From an uncultured delta proteobacterium (GTDB taxonomy: Bacteria > Desulfobacterota > Zymogenia > Zymogenales > Zymogenaceae), in assembly GCA_963792965.1 (NCBI GenBank), contig CAWBYW010000018.1, positions 91,262 to 155,261 of the forward strand: a stretch of DNA of 64,000 bases. Direction: 5' to 3'. This document shows, one piece after another, positions 1-10,559 of this stretch (the first letter of the stretch is position 1; every line of letters starts with the position of its first letter). The position numbers and the translations under genes are program-made. Under the pieces are notes generated by a model. It saw only the letters and a list, made by a program, of their open reading frames with translations, did not search any database and was not told where the DNA came from.

Positions 1-345
1 GAAAAGGCAGCGCTTGAAAGGCTCGCCCGATATTTTCAAGATAAGAAGATCCTCGTCACCACCACCGCACGGCTCCTCTCCTATCACCTCGTCCGGCGGG
101 GCCTCTCCTTTTCGGTGAGGACCCACGATAATCAGCGGACGATAGTGCTTACCGGCATCCGGGACGAGGTCAACGGCGACAGGATCGCCGAACCGGGCCA
201 TCTGGCGGGGATTACCTTTTTTACCCCGCACGCGTCCCGCACCGTCATCAAAACGGAAGAAACGCACGTCGTGCATACCGTCTTTGAGAAAGACAAAAGG
301 GACGCGGGATTTATAGGCGTGCCCTGGGAGGGCATTGATGAGTGA
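1..345 (+). CDS. Partial CDS (5' end outside window), hypothetical protein of the polysaccharide locus
   Basis: Frame 1 is open from base 1 (EKAALERLARYFQDKKILVTTTARLL...) to TGA at 345 and overlaps the next gene start. Confidence 0.6.
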   Translation, partial: EKAALERLARYFQDKKILVTTTARLLSYHLVRRGLSFSVRTHDNQRTIVLTGIRDEVNGDRIAEPGHLAGITFFTPHASRTVIKTEETHVVHTVFEKDKRDAGFIGVPWEGIDE

Positions 346-1135
346 GAAGAGAAAGGCGGCCGACGGCCCGCACGGTATCGTCAAAGACTACTGGCAGAAG
401 CGATACGAGCGGAAATTTTCCATCGGGTCCAGCGGCCACATCTCCTTTAACGAGAAATATAATTCCTACGTCTACCGGGCCTACGAGCGGGCGCTCCGCA
501 CAGCCCTTACCCGATACGGCGGCGCCCGGCCCGGGCGCGTCTTCGACGTCGGCTCCGGAACCGGCTACTGGGTGGCGTTCTACGAAAAACTGGGGGCGTC
601 CGAAATCTTCGGGGTCGACCTTACCGAAATCAGCGTCGAGCGCCTCAGGAAGCTCTATCCGCGTCACACCTTCGCGCTTGCCGACATCGGCTCGGCGGGC
701 TTCGTCCCGGACGACCGCTACGACATCGTCAATTGTTTTGACGTCCTCTACTATATCATCGACGAAAGCGCCTTCAGGACGGCCCTTTCAAACCTGTCAC
801 GGGCGCTGACGGAAGACGGTATCATGTTCATTACCGACAAATTCGTGGACGAAAAGCCGACGCGCCCCCCGTTCTACTTTCTCTTTCGGGATACGACACG
901 ATATCAGGAGGCGTTGCGTGATGCGGGCCTCGTCTGCGTCGACATCATACCCGTGAACTATCTCCTTAAAAAACCGATACCGTTTCCGGCCGCCTACTCC
1001 TTCGTGAAATGGCAGCTCTCTAAGCTCCATGTAGACCTCGAGGGGCTCATAGGGGCGCTCCTCTATCGTATCGATCCGCTCTTTATGGACCCTCATACGT
1101 CGGAGATCAAGTTGATGGTGGTGCGCCACCGGTGA
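335..1135 (+). CDS. Class I SAM-dependent methyltransferase
   Basis: Motif I VFDVGSGTG, GVDL motif II, YDIVNCFDVLYYI. Confidence 0.85.
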   Translation: MMSEKRKAADGPHGIVKDYWQKRYERKFSIGSSGHISFNEKYNSYVYRAYERALRTALTRYGGARPGRVFDVGSGTGYWVAFYEKLGASEIFGVDLTEISVERLRKLYPRHTFALADIGSAGFVPDDRYDIVNCFDVLYYIIDESAFRTALSNLSRALTEDGIMFITDKFVDEKPTRPPFYFLFRDTTRYQEALRDAGLVCVDIIPVNYLLKKPIPFPAAYSFVKWQLSKLHVDLEGLIGALLYRIDPLFMDPHTSEIKLMVVRHR

Positions 1136-1202
1136 CCGGGACCGCGGACACCGGACCGGCCCATCTCTTTCGGGATGAGTGCCCAAACGGGGTTATGAGC
1201 AG

Positions 1203-2726
1203 ATGACCGAACGACACGTCCCCATGGACCGTGAGCTTTCAGGAAAGATGGCCCATTCCCTGTTCTGGGTGGGGATCAGCTCCCTCTTTTCGCGGTCGTT
1301 CACGATGCTGACCACGCTGGTCCTGGCGGGGATCCTCTCCCCGGACGCCTTTGGGGTCATCTCCTTGGCAAACCTCATCACGGCGGCGCTCGGGCTCTTC
1401 CGCGACTTCGGGTTGAGCCAGGCCATCATCTATCAGAAAAAGAAGGTCGGCCAGGCGGCCGACACCGCCATGCTCCTCTCGGTGTCGGTGAGCGTAGTCT
1501 TGTTCCTGATCGGGTTTCTGATCGCGAAACCCGCGGCCGATTTCTTTCGCAACCCGGCGGTCGAAGACGTGGTGCGGGTGCTCCCCTTTTCGCTGGTCAT
1601 CACCGCTTTTTCGACGATCCCCGCGTCCTTGCTCGAAAAGGAGATGGTTTTCAAGAGACGGGCGCTGCCGGAGATCCTCTCGTTTGCCACCTACTTTGTC
1701 GTCTCCGTGACCCTGGCCCGGCTCGGATTCTCATACTGGAGCATCATCTTCGGATATATGGCCCTCTGTATTGTCGGCCTCGTGGCCACGTTCGCCGTTT
1801 CCCCGTGGCACCCCTCGCTCAGATTTCACCTCTCCGTCCTGCGGGAGATGGTCGGGTTCGGCTCATATGCCATGTTCAGCACGATCACGGTCTTCATCAT
1901 CCGCAATGTCGACAGCTTCAGCGTCGGGCGTATCCTCGGCACGACACCGCTCGGGTTCTATGACCTTGCCTACCGCATCGGCAATGTCACGACTACGCAG
2001 ATCACCCACGTGGTCGGCAAGGTGGCCTTCCCCGCGTATGTGAAGATGGGCCGGGATATCGAGATTGTTCGTGGCGCCTACCTCAAGGCCTACCGGTGGC
2101 TCTCGCTTGTGACGATTCCGGTCACGTGCGGGATCATCACCTTTGTCCCCTCTTTTCTCCACGTCTTTTACGGCAACAAATGGGACGAGGCGATCGTTGC
2201 CGCGCAGGTTATCGCGCTCTACGGCCTCACCCGGGGGCTCTTCTCCCACGCGGGCGGGGTCTTCATGTCGTTCGGCAGGGTCAACGAGCTCTTCCTGATC
2301 ACCCTCGGGCAGCTTGTCGTCCTGGCTGTCGCCATCTATCCCGTCGTCGCTCATTTTCAGCTCGTCGGGCTTGCCGCGCTGCTGGCTGTCCTCAATTTCT
2401 TCACGGTTATCGTTGCCGCCGTGCGAATCAATATCTTCCTCCCGCGGACCATCGGTCGGTATCTCACAATTTCATTCCCCCACCTTGTCGTGGCTCTGGT
2501 GACAATTCCCCTTCCGGCCCTGCTCTGGTCCCGGTTTGTGGGCGATATCGGTCTCCTTTCGCTCATTGGGCTGATTGTCTGTTGTAGTGTTCTCTACGCG
2601 GCCGTGACGATCAACAGGGAACGGGGAATAATCGGAGAAATAAAGGGGTGGCTCTCGGCGCTGAGAAGCTCCGGCGGCGGACCGGCAATGCCCGGAGGGG
2701 ACGGCGACTATCTGCGCGACCGATGA
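1203..2726 (+). CDS. Wzx-type polysaccharide flippase (WzxC/PST family)
   Basis: Many TM helices; LAGILSPDAFG, DFGLSQAIIY and LGFYDLAYRI are typical of MOP flippases; start codon uncertain (1179-1227). Confidence 0.85.
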   Translation: MTERHVPMDRELSGKMAHSLFWVGISSLFSRSFTMLTTLVLAGILSPDAFGVISLANLITAALGLFRDFGLSQAIIYQKKKVGQAADTAMLLSVSVSVVLFLIGFLIAKPAADFFRNPAVEDVVRVLPFSLVITAFSTIPASLLEKEMVFKRRALPEILSFATYFVVSVTLARLGFSYWSIIFGYMALCIVGLVATFAVSPWHPSLRFHLSVLREMVGFGSYAMFSTITVFIIRNVDSFSVGRILGTTPLGFYDLAYRIGNVTTTQITHVVGKVAFPAYVKMGRDIEIVRGAYLKAYRWLSLVTIPVTCGIITFVPSFLHVFYGNKWDEAIVAAQVIALYGLTRGLFSHAGGVFMSFGRVNELFLITLGQLVVLAVAIYPVVAHFQLVGLAALLAVLNFFTVIVAAVRINIFLPRTIGRYLTISFPHLVVALVTIPLPALLWSRFVGDIGLLSLIGLIVCCSVLYAAVTINRERGIIGEIKGWLSALRSSGGGPAMPGGDGDYLRDR

Positions 2727-2837
2727 CTCGGACGCCATGGAATCCCGGCCTCAGGTCCCGCCGGCTTATTGACCTTTCATCGTTTTTCGTATAGAATCGC
2801 GGACGTAGGCTCTCAGAGCCGACCCGAGGAATCGACC

Positions 2838-5019
2838 ATGACCAGTCCAACGAGGGTGTTGCTGATAGAGGACAACCGCTTGGACCAGCGTCTCATTGGG
2901 GATATGCTCTCCGAGGCACAGGCGCATGCGTTTGAGATAACCTTTGCCGGAACCCTTACCGAGGGCCTGGAAAAGCTCGACGACGGCAGTATTGATATCA
3001 TTCTGTTGGACCTGAACCTGCCGGACAGCGAGGGGCTCACGACCCTCCACACCGTCGTCTCTCGTCATCCTTTTGCCCCCATCGTGATCTGCTCGGCGAC
3101 CACCGATGAAGAGACCGCGGCCCTAGCCGTCGAGGAAGGGGCCCAGGACTACCTGATCAAAGGGAGAATCGATCCGGATCGGCTCGTCCGCGCGATTCGA
3201 TACGCCGCGCTGCGAAAAAGAGGCCGAGGACTCCCTGAGAGCGGCCCACGACGAGCTGGAAAAACGGGTCCTTGAGCGGACGGCCGATCTGGCCGAGATA
3301 AACGAGCGGCTGAGAAAGGAGATCGAGGAGCGAACGAGGGCCGAAATCGCCCTCAGGGAATCGGAAAAGAAATGGAGAAACCTCTTCGAAACTTCGGCCG
3401 ACGCTATCCTCATCACCGACGTCGACGGAATCGCCGTAGAGGTAAATCACGCCGCACTCGAGCTGCTGGGCCTCATATCGGGACAAGTCAAGGGCCTCGG
3501 GATGGAAGATATTATCGCGAGTCCGGAGGATAGCATGTCACTGTTGAGCAAGGTCCGACGCAGCGGGTTCGTCAAGGACCGCGAGATCACGCTCGTGCGC
3601 CCCGACGGCTCGAAGGTCGACTGTCTTATCTCGGCAAACCTCATCAAGGACGCCAAAGGTGCCACGGTCGGCTACGAGGCGATCATCAAAGACATAACCG
3701 AGAGGAAAAGGTTCGTCGATAAGACCCTGGACAGTGTCACCGACGGGGTCTTCATCATCGATGCGAAGCACCGCATCACCTACTTCAACGCGGCCGCCCA
3801 GAAGATCCTCGATATCCCCCGGAAGAGCGCCCTCAGGAAACATGCATGGGAAGTCGTCTACGGGGGCCAAAGGAAGGAATCTCTGCTCTTGCGGGCGTGC
3901 GAGGATAGTCTCGATATCATTGACCGGGAGGAAGAGTTCGTCACTCCCAAAGGAATGCGCGTGCCCGTCTCGTTGTCTATCGCCTCCCTTTCGGATAAGA
4001 CGGGAAAACACCTCGGCTGCGTGGTGACCTTTCGCGACCGGTCGACTATCGTCGAACTCCAGAAAGAGATTGACCAGAAATATACCTACCAGGACATCGT
4101 GAGCAAGAATAGAAGGATACGGGAGATCTTCGACATCCTCCCCTCGATAGCGGAGAGCGACAGCACCGTCCTCATCGAAGGGAGGAGCGGAACCGGCAAG
4201 GAGCTTTTCGCCCGCGCCATCCATGATCTCTCTCCGCGCGCGAGCGGCCCGTTCGTCGCCGTCAATTGCGCCGCCCTGCCGGATACGCTCCTTGAGTCAG
4301 AGCTCTTCGGCTACGTAAAGGGAGCCTTTACCAACGCCGTCAAGGATAAGCCCGGCCGTTTCGCGCTGGCCGAGGCGGGAACGATCCTGCTGGATGAGAT
4401 CGGCGACCTCGACAAAGCCCTGCAGGTCAAGCTCCTGCGCGTCCTGGAGCAGCGGGAGTATGAGCCCCTCGGATCGATTGTTCCGGTCAAATCGAATGTT
4501 CGAGTGATCGCCTCCACCAATCGGGATCTGACGATGGAGGTGGAGCTGAGCAACTTCCGCGAAGATCTCTTTTACCGCATCAACGTGGTCAGGATTACCC
4601 TTCCCGAGCTCCGGGAGCGGCGCGAAGACATCCCGTTGCTCGTGAGGCATTTCGTCAAGAAGCTGTCGCTCAAAATGGGAAAGGCGGTCCCCACCGTCTC
4701 GGACGAGGTGCTGGATGTGCTGATGGGACACGACTATCCCGGCAATGTCCGGGAGCTTGAGAATATATTAGAGCGGATGCTGGTTATCTCCTCCGGAGGG
4801 GTTATCGATCGAAGGCACCTTCCTCCCGAGCTGGCGGTGGCCAAGACCGAGGGCGATGAATATGTATCCTTCAAGGACGAGATGATGGGGTCCGAGAAGA
4901 AGATGATCGAGGAGGTGCTGACGCGATATCAGGGTAACCGGGCTCTGGCCGCACGGGCACTCAACATCAACCGAACGACCCTCTGGCGGAAGATGCAGAA
5001 GTATAATCTCCTGAAATAG
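2838..5019 (+). CDS. REC-PAS-PAS sigma54-dependent transcriptional activator (Fis HTH), with a +1 frameshift at about 3215
   Basis: REC (LLIEDN, LLDLNLPD) in one frame; removing one A from cgaaaaagag joins it to coiled coil, PAS, AAA+ (GRSGTGKE, ESELFGYVKGAFTNA, LLDEIGD, YPGNVRELEN) and HTH (NRTTLWRKM). Confidence 0.85.
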
Positions 5020-5192
5020 GAAACGAAGGGGAAGAGCGACAGCGCCGTGCCGGAAACACTATTCGGCATGGGGCGGTCGGGTGTTGCGCGCCGCGGCCGT
5101 GAGCCGTGATACAAACGTTTCACTATTGAACATTTCGTCTCTCCAGCCCGCCCCACCCAACCATCAAGAAGTAAAAGATTAAACTGTAGTTA

Positions 5193-5205
5193 TATCAATA
5201 AGTTA
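5193..5205 (+). promoter_or_regulatory. Putative IHF site
   Basis: TATCAATAAGTTA matches WATCAANNNNTTR; a second near-match lies on the minus strand at 5337-5349. Confidence 0.45.
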
Positions 5206-5377
5206 CATATCATCGCTTCTTTACGTCCTTTTCACGCCCCCCGAAGGGCAAAAATTCTCTCCATATTTCCTTACTTATGTTGCAAAAAGGATACTTATCC
5301 ATCGTATCTCCCCGCCCTGAGTTTGGCTGGTATTCATAACTAACTGATATTACTTAGTAATTTGGGAACATGCCTTA

Positions 5378-5395
5378 TTGGCCTGATACTTGCTT
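5378..5395 (+). promoter_or_regulatory. Putative sigma54 (-24/-12) promoter of the EPS/RiPP operon
   Basis: TTGGCCTGATACTTGCTT has exact GG-N10-GC spacing, in an AT-rich intergenic region just after a sigma54 activator gene. Confidence 0.65.
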
Positions 5396-5621
5396 ATTGT
5401 ATTGATAGGTGGACGGGACGCAATAGAGACAGGCACGCATCGGCTCGGCCACGGTATTAAGAGGAATCGACGCTGAGAAGATGGAGATAAGTTAGCTAAA
5501 AAAGATTGTAAATATACATAAAATGGTATAGATTTATACGCCATTAGTGGAGCAATTGCAACGCCCCACACCTGGTGTATGATGAATATGTTTAAGACAC
5601 TATTCGTTGAAAGGTACACCG

Positions 5622-6449
5622 ATGTATGAGAAATATTGGGGATTGGTCGAACCCCCCTTCGAAAATGTCCCCGATCCGTCATTCCTGTATGAGTCTCCTC
5701 AGCATAAAGAGGCGCTGTCCCGGATGCTCTACGGCATATCCCGCAGAAAGGGGTGCATCATGCTCTCCGGAGAGGTCGGCAGCGGCAAAACAACGCTTGC
5801 CCGCACCCTGATCCAGAGCCTTCCGAAGGACAAGTACGAGGTGGCCATTATCGAGAATCCACGGCTCACCTCTTCCCTCTTCATCCATGAGATCATCTAC
5901 CAATTCGTCGGTCAGTCGGAGAGCAAGAACAAGGTCGATCTCCTCCACTCGCTCAACCGGGCCCTCTTCAAGAACCTCGCCGAGGAAAAAGACTCGATCA
6001 TCATAATCGACGAGGCCCAGCTTATCCAGGATAAATCGACATTCGAGGAATTGAGGCTCCTCCTCAACTTCCAGTTGAACAACCGCTTCCTCCTCACGCT
6101 GATCCTCATGGGGCAGCCGGAGCTGAGAGACGTCGTCAACTCGACGCCTCAGTTCGAGCAGCGGGTCGCTATCAGATACCATCTGACGCACCTCACGTTT
6201 GAGGAAACCGTCAAATATATCGGTTTTCGACTGAAGCGGGCGGGTCTGTCAAAGAACGTCTTCACTACCGAGGCCATGGAGAAGATCTACGCCTATTCCG
6301 GGGGGATTCCCCGAAAGATCAATAATATATGCGACATGAGCCTTCTGATCGGGTGGAGCCAAAAAGCCACGTACGTTGACTCGAAGATCATCACCAACCT
6401 CATAGACGAGAGCAAAAATGGTAAGGATATCAGACATTATCAAGGATGA
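5622..6449 (+). CDS. ExeA/GspA-family AAA ATPase (EPS-locus associated)
   Basis: YEKYWGLVEPPFENVPDP N-terminus, Walker A GEVGSGKT, Walker B IIIDEAQ, LMGQPEL, SGGIPRKIN. Confidence 0.88.
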   Translation: MYEKYWGLVEPPFENVPDPSFLYESPQHKEALSRMLYGISRRKGCIMLSGEVGSGKTTLARTLIQSLPKDKYEVAIIENPRLTSSLFIHEIIYQFVGQSESKNKVDLLHSLNRALFKNLAEEKDSIIIIDEAQLIQDKSTFEELRLLLNFQLNNRFLLTLILMGQPELRDVVNSTPQFEQRVAIRYHLTHLTFEETVKYIGFRLKRAGLSKNVFTTEAMEKIYAYSGGIPRKINNICDMSLLIGWSQKATYVDSKIITNLIDESKNGKDIRHYQG

Positions 6450-7479
6450 GGACCTGTTCGGGAAGTCGGACGTAAAGAATAAGAAGAGCGACAAGATCAT
6501 CATCAGTGAAACCCTGACCGCCGACGATATCATCGGAGGTCGAATATCCGACGGACTGAGGTCCCCCACCACGATGGAGGAGGAAGAGGCGAAAATATTC
6601 CTGGGGAAGATCTACGCCGCCCTCGAGAAGGCGTATGCCGTCGTGAAAGAGGGGAAAATCTTCGGGGTCCAGCCATTTGAGACGCTCGCGGAAAAATTCG
6701 TCGATTCCATCGGAAAATACGACAATATCTTCATGTTGGCGGCTTATAAAGACTACGAAGAGACCGATCACGTCAACAACTGCCTCTGGACGGCTCTCAT
6801 CGCAGTCAAGATAGGGAGACGCCTCGGGCTCGGGAAAAAGGAGCTCATCGAGCTTGCCCTCTGCGGCTTTTTCCACGATATCGGCCAGGAGCGCCTCAAC
6901 AACGGTGTTCTCGTCAAGCATGGGGAGCTGACCGGCCCAGAGCGCGAGGAGGTTCGGAGGCATCCCGAATACGGCAGGGATATCCTGTTTTCCCTCGGGG
7001 AACCGCACCGCTATATCTCGGATACGGCTCTTCAGGAACACGAGCGGCTGGACGGATCCGGATATCCGTCGGGGCTGACCGGCGGGGAGATTTCTCTCTA
7101 CGCCAAGATCATCGGTCTTGCCGACACCTACGAGGCGATGACCCACTCGCGGCCTTACCATACGCGCAAGCTCCCGCTCTTCGTCATCAAGGAGATCGTC
7201 GAGAAGATGAGGGAGCAGTTCGATACGAAAGTGATCAAGGCCTTCCTCGAGGAGATCACGATGTTTCCGGTCGGGAGTTTCGTCCGGCTCAACAACCGGG
7301 AGGTGGGGAGGGTCATCGCCGCCATGAAGGGGGCGCACTTCCGCCACGTGGTGCAGATCCTCTTCGGGCCGGACGGTGAGCGGCTCATTAAACCCAAGGC
7401 GATTAACCTCATGGAGGCCCATCTCCTCTACATTACGGAGCCCGTTGACGAACGAAATCTAAGAAGAGACACGATATGA
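6418..7479 (+). CDS. HD-GYP domain protein (c-di-GMP phosphodiesterase-like)
   Basis: FHDIG, HERLDGSGYPSGL, ADTYEAMTHSRPY. Confidence 0.85.
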   Translation: MVRISDIIKDEDLFGKSDVKNKKSDKIIISETLTADDIIGGRISDGLRSPTTMEEEEAKIFLGKIYAALEKAYAVVKEGKIFGVQPFETLAEKFVDSIGKYDNIFMLAAYKDYEETDHVNNCLWTALIAVKIGRRLGLGKKELIELALCGFFHDIGQERLNNGVLVKHGELTGPEREEVRRHPEYGRDILFSLGEPHRYISDTALQEHERLDGSGYPSGLTGGEISLYAKIIGLADTYEAMTHSRPYHTRKLPLFVIKEIVEKMREQFDTKVIKAFLEEITMFPVGSFVRLNNREVGRVIAAMKGAHFRHVVQILFGPDGERLIKPKAINLMEAHLLYITEPVDERNLRRDTI

Positions 7480-8157
7480 AGACACGACATCTCATCATCT
7501 TATGCCCTTACGGCGCTCATGGCGGCGTCATGCGCCGGGACCGGCGGCATCCACGCCAATACGGTTCCGTCCAAGCCCGAGGACGCCGTCCGTTACCAGC
7601 ACCGGATCATACCCGGTGACAGCATCCACATTACCCTGTGGGAGGTGGATCAGCCCAAGGAGATCAACGCCCAGGTCAAGAACGACGGCACGATCGATAT
7701 CATGTTCATAAAGGGTCTCAAGGTCATGGGGCTCACCGAAGAGGAGCTCAATACGTTCCTGACCAAGGAGCTCTCTTTCTACTACGTGAACCCACAGTTC
7801 ACGGCGTCGCTCAATGCGTACGTTTATCTGCTGGGAGAAGTCAAAACCCCGGGCGCCTACACCTTTGAAAAGGGCCAGAGCCTTGTGGCGGTCCTGGCCG
7901 TCGCCGGCGGACCGACCAAAGACGCGAAGCTCAGAAACACCCTCATCATCCGGGGTGACTATCACAACAATCCGACGGTCATCGTCGCCGACACGTCACG
8001 GCTGCTAAAGTCGGGGGACCTCTCCGAAAATGTCATCCTCCAGGCGGGCGACATAATCTATGTGCCGTCCAAGGTAATAGCGGACGTAAACTACTACATC
8101 ACGCAGATCACCCCCCTCCTGGATTTATTCCTGCTGGGCGCGGTGTTCGGTATGTGA
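7476..8157 (+). CDS. Polysaccharide export lipoprotein (Wza/Poly_export + SLBB), +1 frameshift near 7505
   Basis: IIPGDSIHITLW, VYLLGEVKTPG, LQAGDIIYVP; ATG 7476 overlaps the previous stop and gives signal peptide MKTRHLIILCLTALMAAS-C if one C is removed. Confidence 0.85.
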
Positions 8158-8268
8158 ATGAGGAGTGTTCTCGCGTATCGGCTGTCTCGAACTCGGAAAG
8201 TAGTGCCTATCGGGCTCGAGAGCGGTATAGAGGCGAAAGATTTATTCACTTAAAACGGTAACTCACCC

Positions 8269-10539
8269 ATGCCCCAATATGAGATTCAGCTGAAAGACCT
8301 CATCCGGATCCTCAAGAAACGGAGAAAGATCGTCCTTTTCTCGATGGTCACCCTCGCGGTCCTGAGCGTCATCTTTGCCAAGATCCAGTCCCCCACACAG
8401 TTGTACCAGTCCATTTCAAAGGTACGGTACGACCAGACGCGGTCCCTGGCGGGGATAACCACGCCGATCTACTACTTCTCTCCCTACGACAACATCAATT
8501 CTCAGACGAAGATCATCACAAGCTACCCTGTCCTGGAGATGACCGCCAAGAAGCTCGGCTATTTGAACAAGAATCTGAGATCTCAGGATATCCTCAGTTC
8601 CAAGGAGCATATGTCCGTCGTCTCGGGCCTTGAAGGCCAGATCGGCACGGAGATCGAGGAAAACACGAATATCATCGACATCAAGGTCACCTCGGTCGAT
8701 CCCAAGATGGCCGCCGATATCGCCAACGCGGTGGCCGAAAGCTACCGTGACTACAACCGCGACCAGATTAACAAGCGGACGATAGATACGAAGGACTTCA
8801 TCGAAAAGCAGTTGAGCCTCGTCAGCCAGCGGCTTAAGGAAGCCGAGGAGAATCTGAAGAATTTCCAGCAGAATCGAAATATCGTGGTGCTCGACACCCA
8901 GACCAATAACGACCTTCAGTCGCTGGCGCTCCTCCAGACCGACTACGATAAGCTGGACCGGGAAAACAGCAACCTGCTGGCATTCAAGAACAAGGTTACG
9001 TCAAAGAATGTGAGCGGCAAGGAGCTCTTCCCCATCCTTGAGATGGACGTCAACAGCAACCTCTACACCCTGAATGCCGAGCTGCAAAAGCTCCTCTTGG
9101 AGCGCGACGAGCTCATGACGGTATACACCATCAATCACCCCAAGGTCGCCGACCTGAATGATAAGATCAACAATATCCTCGCCCTGATCGGCTCGGATAT
9201 CAACACGCGGGTCTCTTCCAACAGGGTACGCATGGGGACTCTCAACCACGATATCGACAAGTATAAGGGACGGGCCGCCGAATATCCCGATGATAACCTT
9301 ACGCTGGCCAAATATCAACGGGAGGTGAAGCTACAGAGTGACCTCTACGCCGAGCTTGCCTCGAAGTACCAGGAGATCCTCATCCAGGAGTCCGGAATGG
9401 TTGAGGAGGTGGGTATCGTGGCGCCCGCTCTCGTTTCTGAATTGCCCATCAATCCGCCGAAGATATTCTCCTCGTTCCTCATCGGCCTTCTCCTGGGCCT
9501 CTTCCTCGGCGTCTTCTTTGCAATCATTATGGAGAACCTCGACACCTCCATCGGCGCCATCGAAGACGTGGAGAGCTACCTCGGCATCCCCGTCCTCGGG
9601 GTGATCCCCTACATCGAGCCATACGTTGAGGAACAAAAGGGCGAAGAAAGGATCGAAAGGCCGACCGGAGATAAGCGCAAGGAGTCTCTCCTCGTCATCT
9701 CGATGAGCCCCACGTCGCTCGCGACGGAGGCCTACCGCTCTCTCAGGACGAATATTATCTTCCTGAACCAGGAAAAAGGGATCAAGACCTTCATGATCAC
9801 CAGCTCCTCGCTCCAGGAGGGGAAGACCATCACGTGCATTAACACCGCCATCACGCTGGCCCTCGGCGGATACAGGACCCTTCTGGTGGAAGCGGACCTG
9901 CGCCGTGCCACAATTGCAAAGACCCTCGGAATCGAGCGTTCGCCCGGCCTCTCGGAGGTGATCCTCGGGATTGACTCGGCAAAAGAGGTGACACGGGATA
10001 TTAACGACATCATCCTCGGCGGGCTCGAAATGGACACCCTTATGAAGTCGCCCGAGCTTGCCAACCTCTTCGTCATCACCTCCGGCGCCTTCCCGACAAA
10101 CCCCGCAGAGCTGCTGAGCTCAAAGCAGATGATGAAGTTCATCGAGGAGGCCAAGGCCGAGTACGACTTCATCATCTTTGATAGCACACCGGTGTTGCCT
10201 GTTACGGACGCCGTGTTACTGTCTCAGAAAGTCGATGGCGTGATTATCCTCTACGAGGTGGGGAAGATCGCCCGCGGGGTGCTCAAGAGGACCAAGTCCC
10301 ACCTCGACAACGTGAAGGCCAACGTGCTGGGGGTCATACTCAACAACGTAAGGCCGGAGTATGGGCCCGACTATTACAGCTACCATTACCAGTATTATTA
10401 CGAGGAGGGCAAGCATCCCCGGAAGCTCGGCGAATGGGAAAAGATCAAGGAATATTTCTCGAAGGATAGCCTGAGGCGGTTTGCCTCAGACACCCGAGAG
10501 AAACTCTCGAAGACTTTTCAAAAAAAGGAAATGCGGTAG
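8269..10539 (+). CDS. Wzc/GumC-type polysaccharide co-polymerase with BY-kinase domain
   Basis: Two TMs around a coiled-coil domain, EAYRSLRTNI, Walker A SSLQEGKT, DSTP Walker B, Tyr cluster YGPDYYSYHYQYYY. Confidence 0.9.
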   Translation: MPQYEIQLKDLIRILKKRRKIVLFSMVTLAVLSVIFAKIQSPTQLYQSISKVRYDQTRSLAGITTPIYYFSPYDNINSQTKIITSYPVLEMTAKKLGYLNKNLRSQDILSSKEHMSVVSGLEGQIGTEIEENTNIIDIKVTSVDPKMAADIANAVAESYRDYNRDQINKRTIDTKDFIEKQLSLVSQRLKEAEENLKNFQQNRNIVVLDTQTNNDLQSLALLQTDYDKLDRENSNLLAFKNKVTSKNVSGKELFPILEMDVNSNLYTLNAELQKLLLERDELMTVYTINHPKVADLNDKINNILALIGSDINTRVSSNRVRMGTLNHDIDKYKGRAAEYPDDNLTLAKYQREVKLQSDLYAELASKYQEILIQESGMVEEVGIVAPALVSELPINPPKIFSSFLIGLLLGLFLGVFFAIIMENLDTSIGAIEDVESYLGIPVLGVIPYIEPYVEEQKGEERIERPTGDKRKESLLVISMSPTSLATEAYRSLRTNIIFLNQEKGIKTFMITSSSLQEGKTITCINTAITLALGGYRTLLVEADLRRATIAKTLGIERSPGLSEVILGIDSAKEVTRDINDIILGGLEMDTLMKSPELANLFVITSGAFPTNPAELLSSKQMMKFIEEAKAEYDFIIFDSTPVLPVTDAVLLSQKVDGVIILYEVGKIARGVLKRTKSHLDNVKANVLGVILNNVRPEYGPDYYSYHYQYYYEEGKHPRKLGEWEKIKEYFSKDSLRRFASDTREKLSKTFQKKEMR

Positions 10540-10559
10540 CCCGCAGGAAGGCCGTCATC

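Noticed and set aside
3205-3225. Programmed frameshift or phase variation in the regulator
   Set aside because: The run is only 5 A's and similar single indels recur in unrelated genes, so sequencing error is simpler
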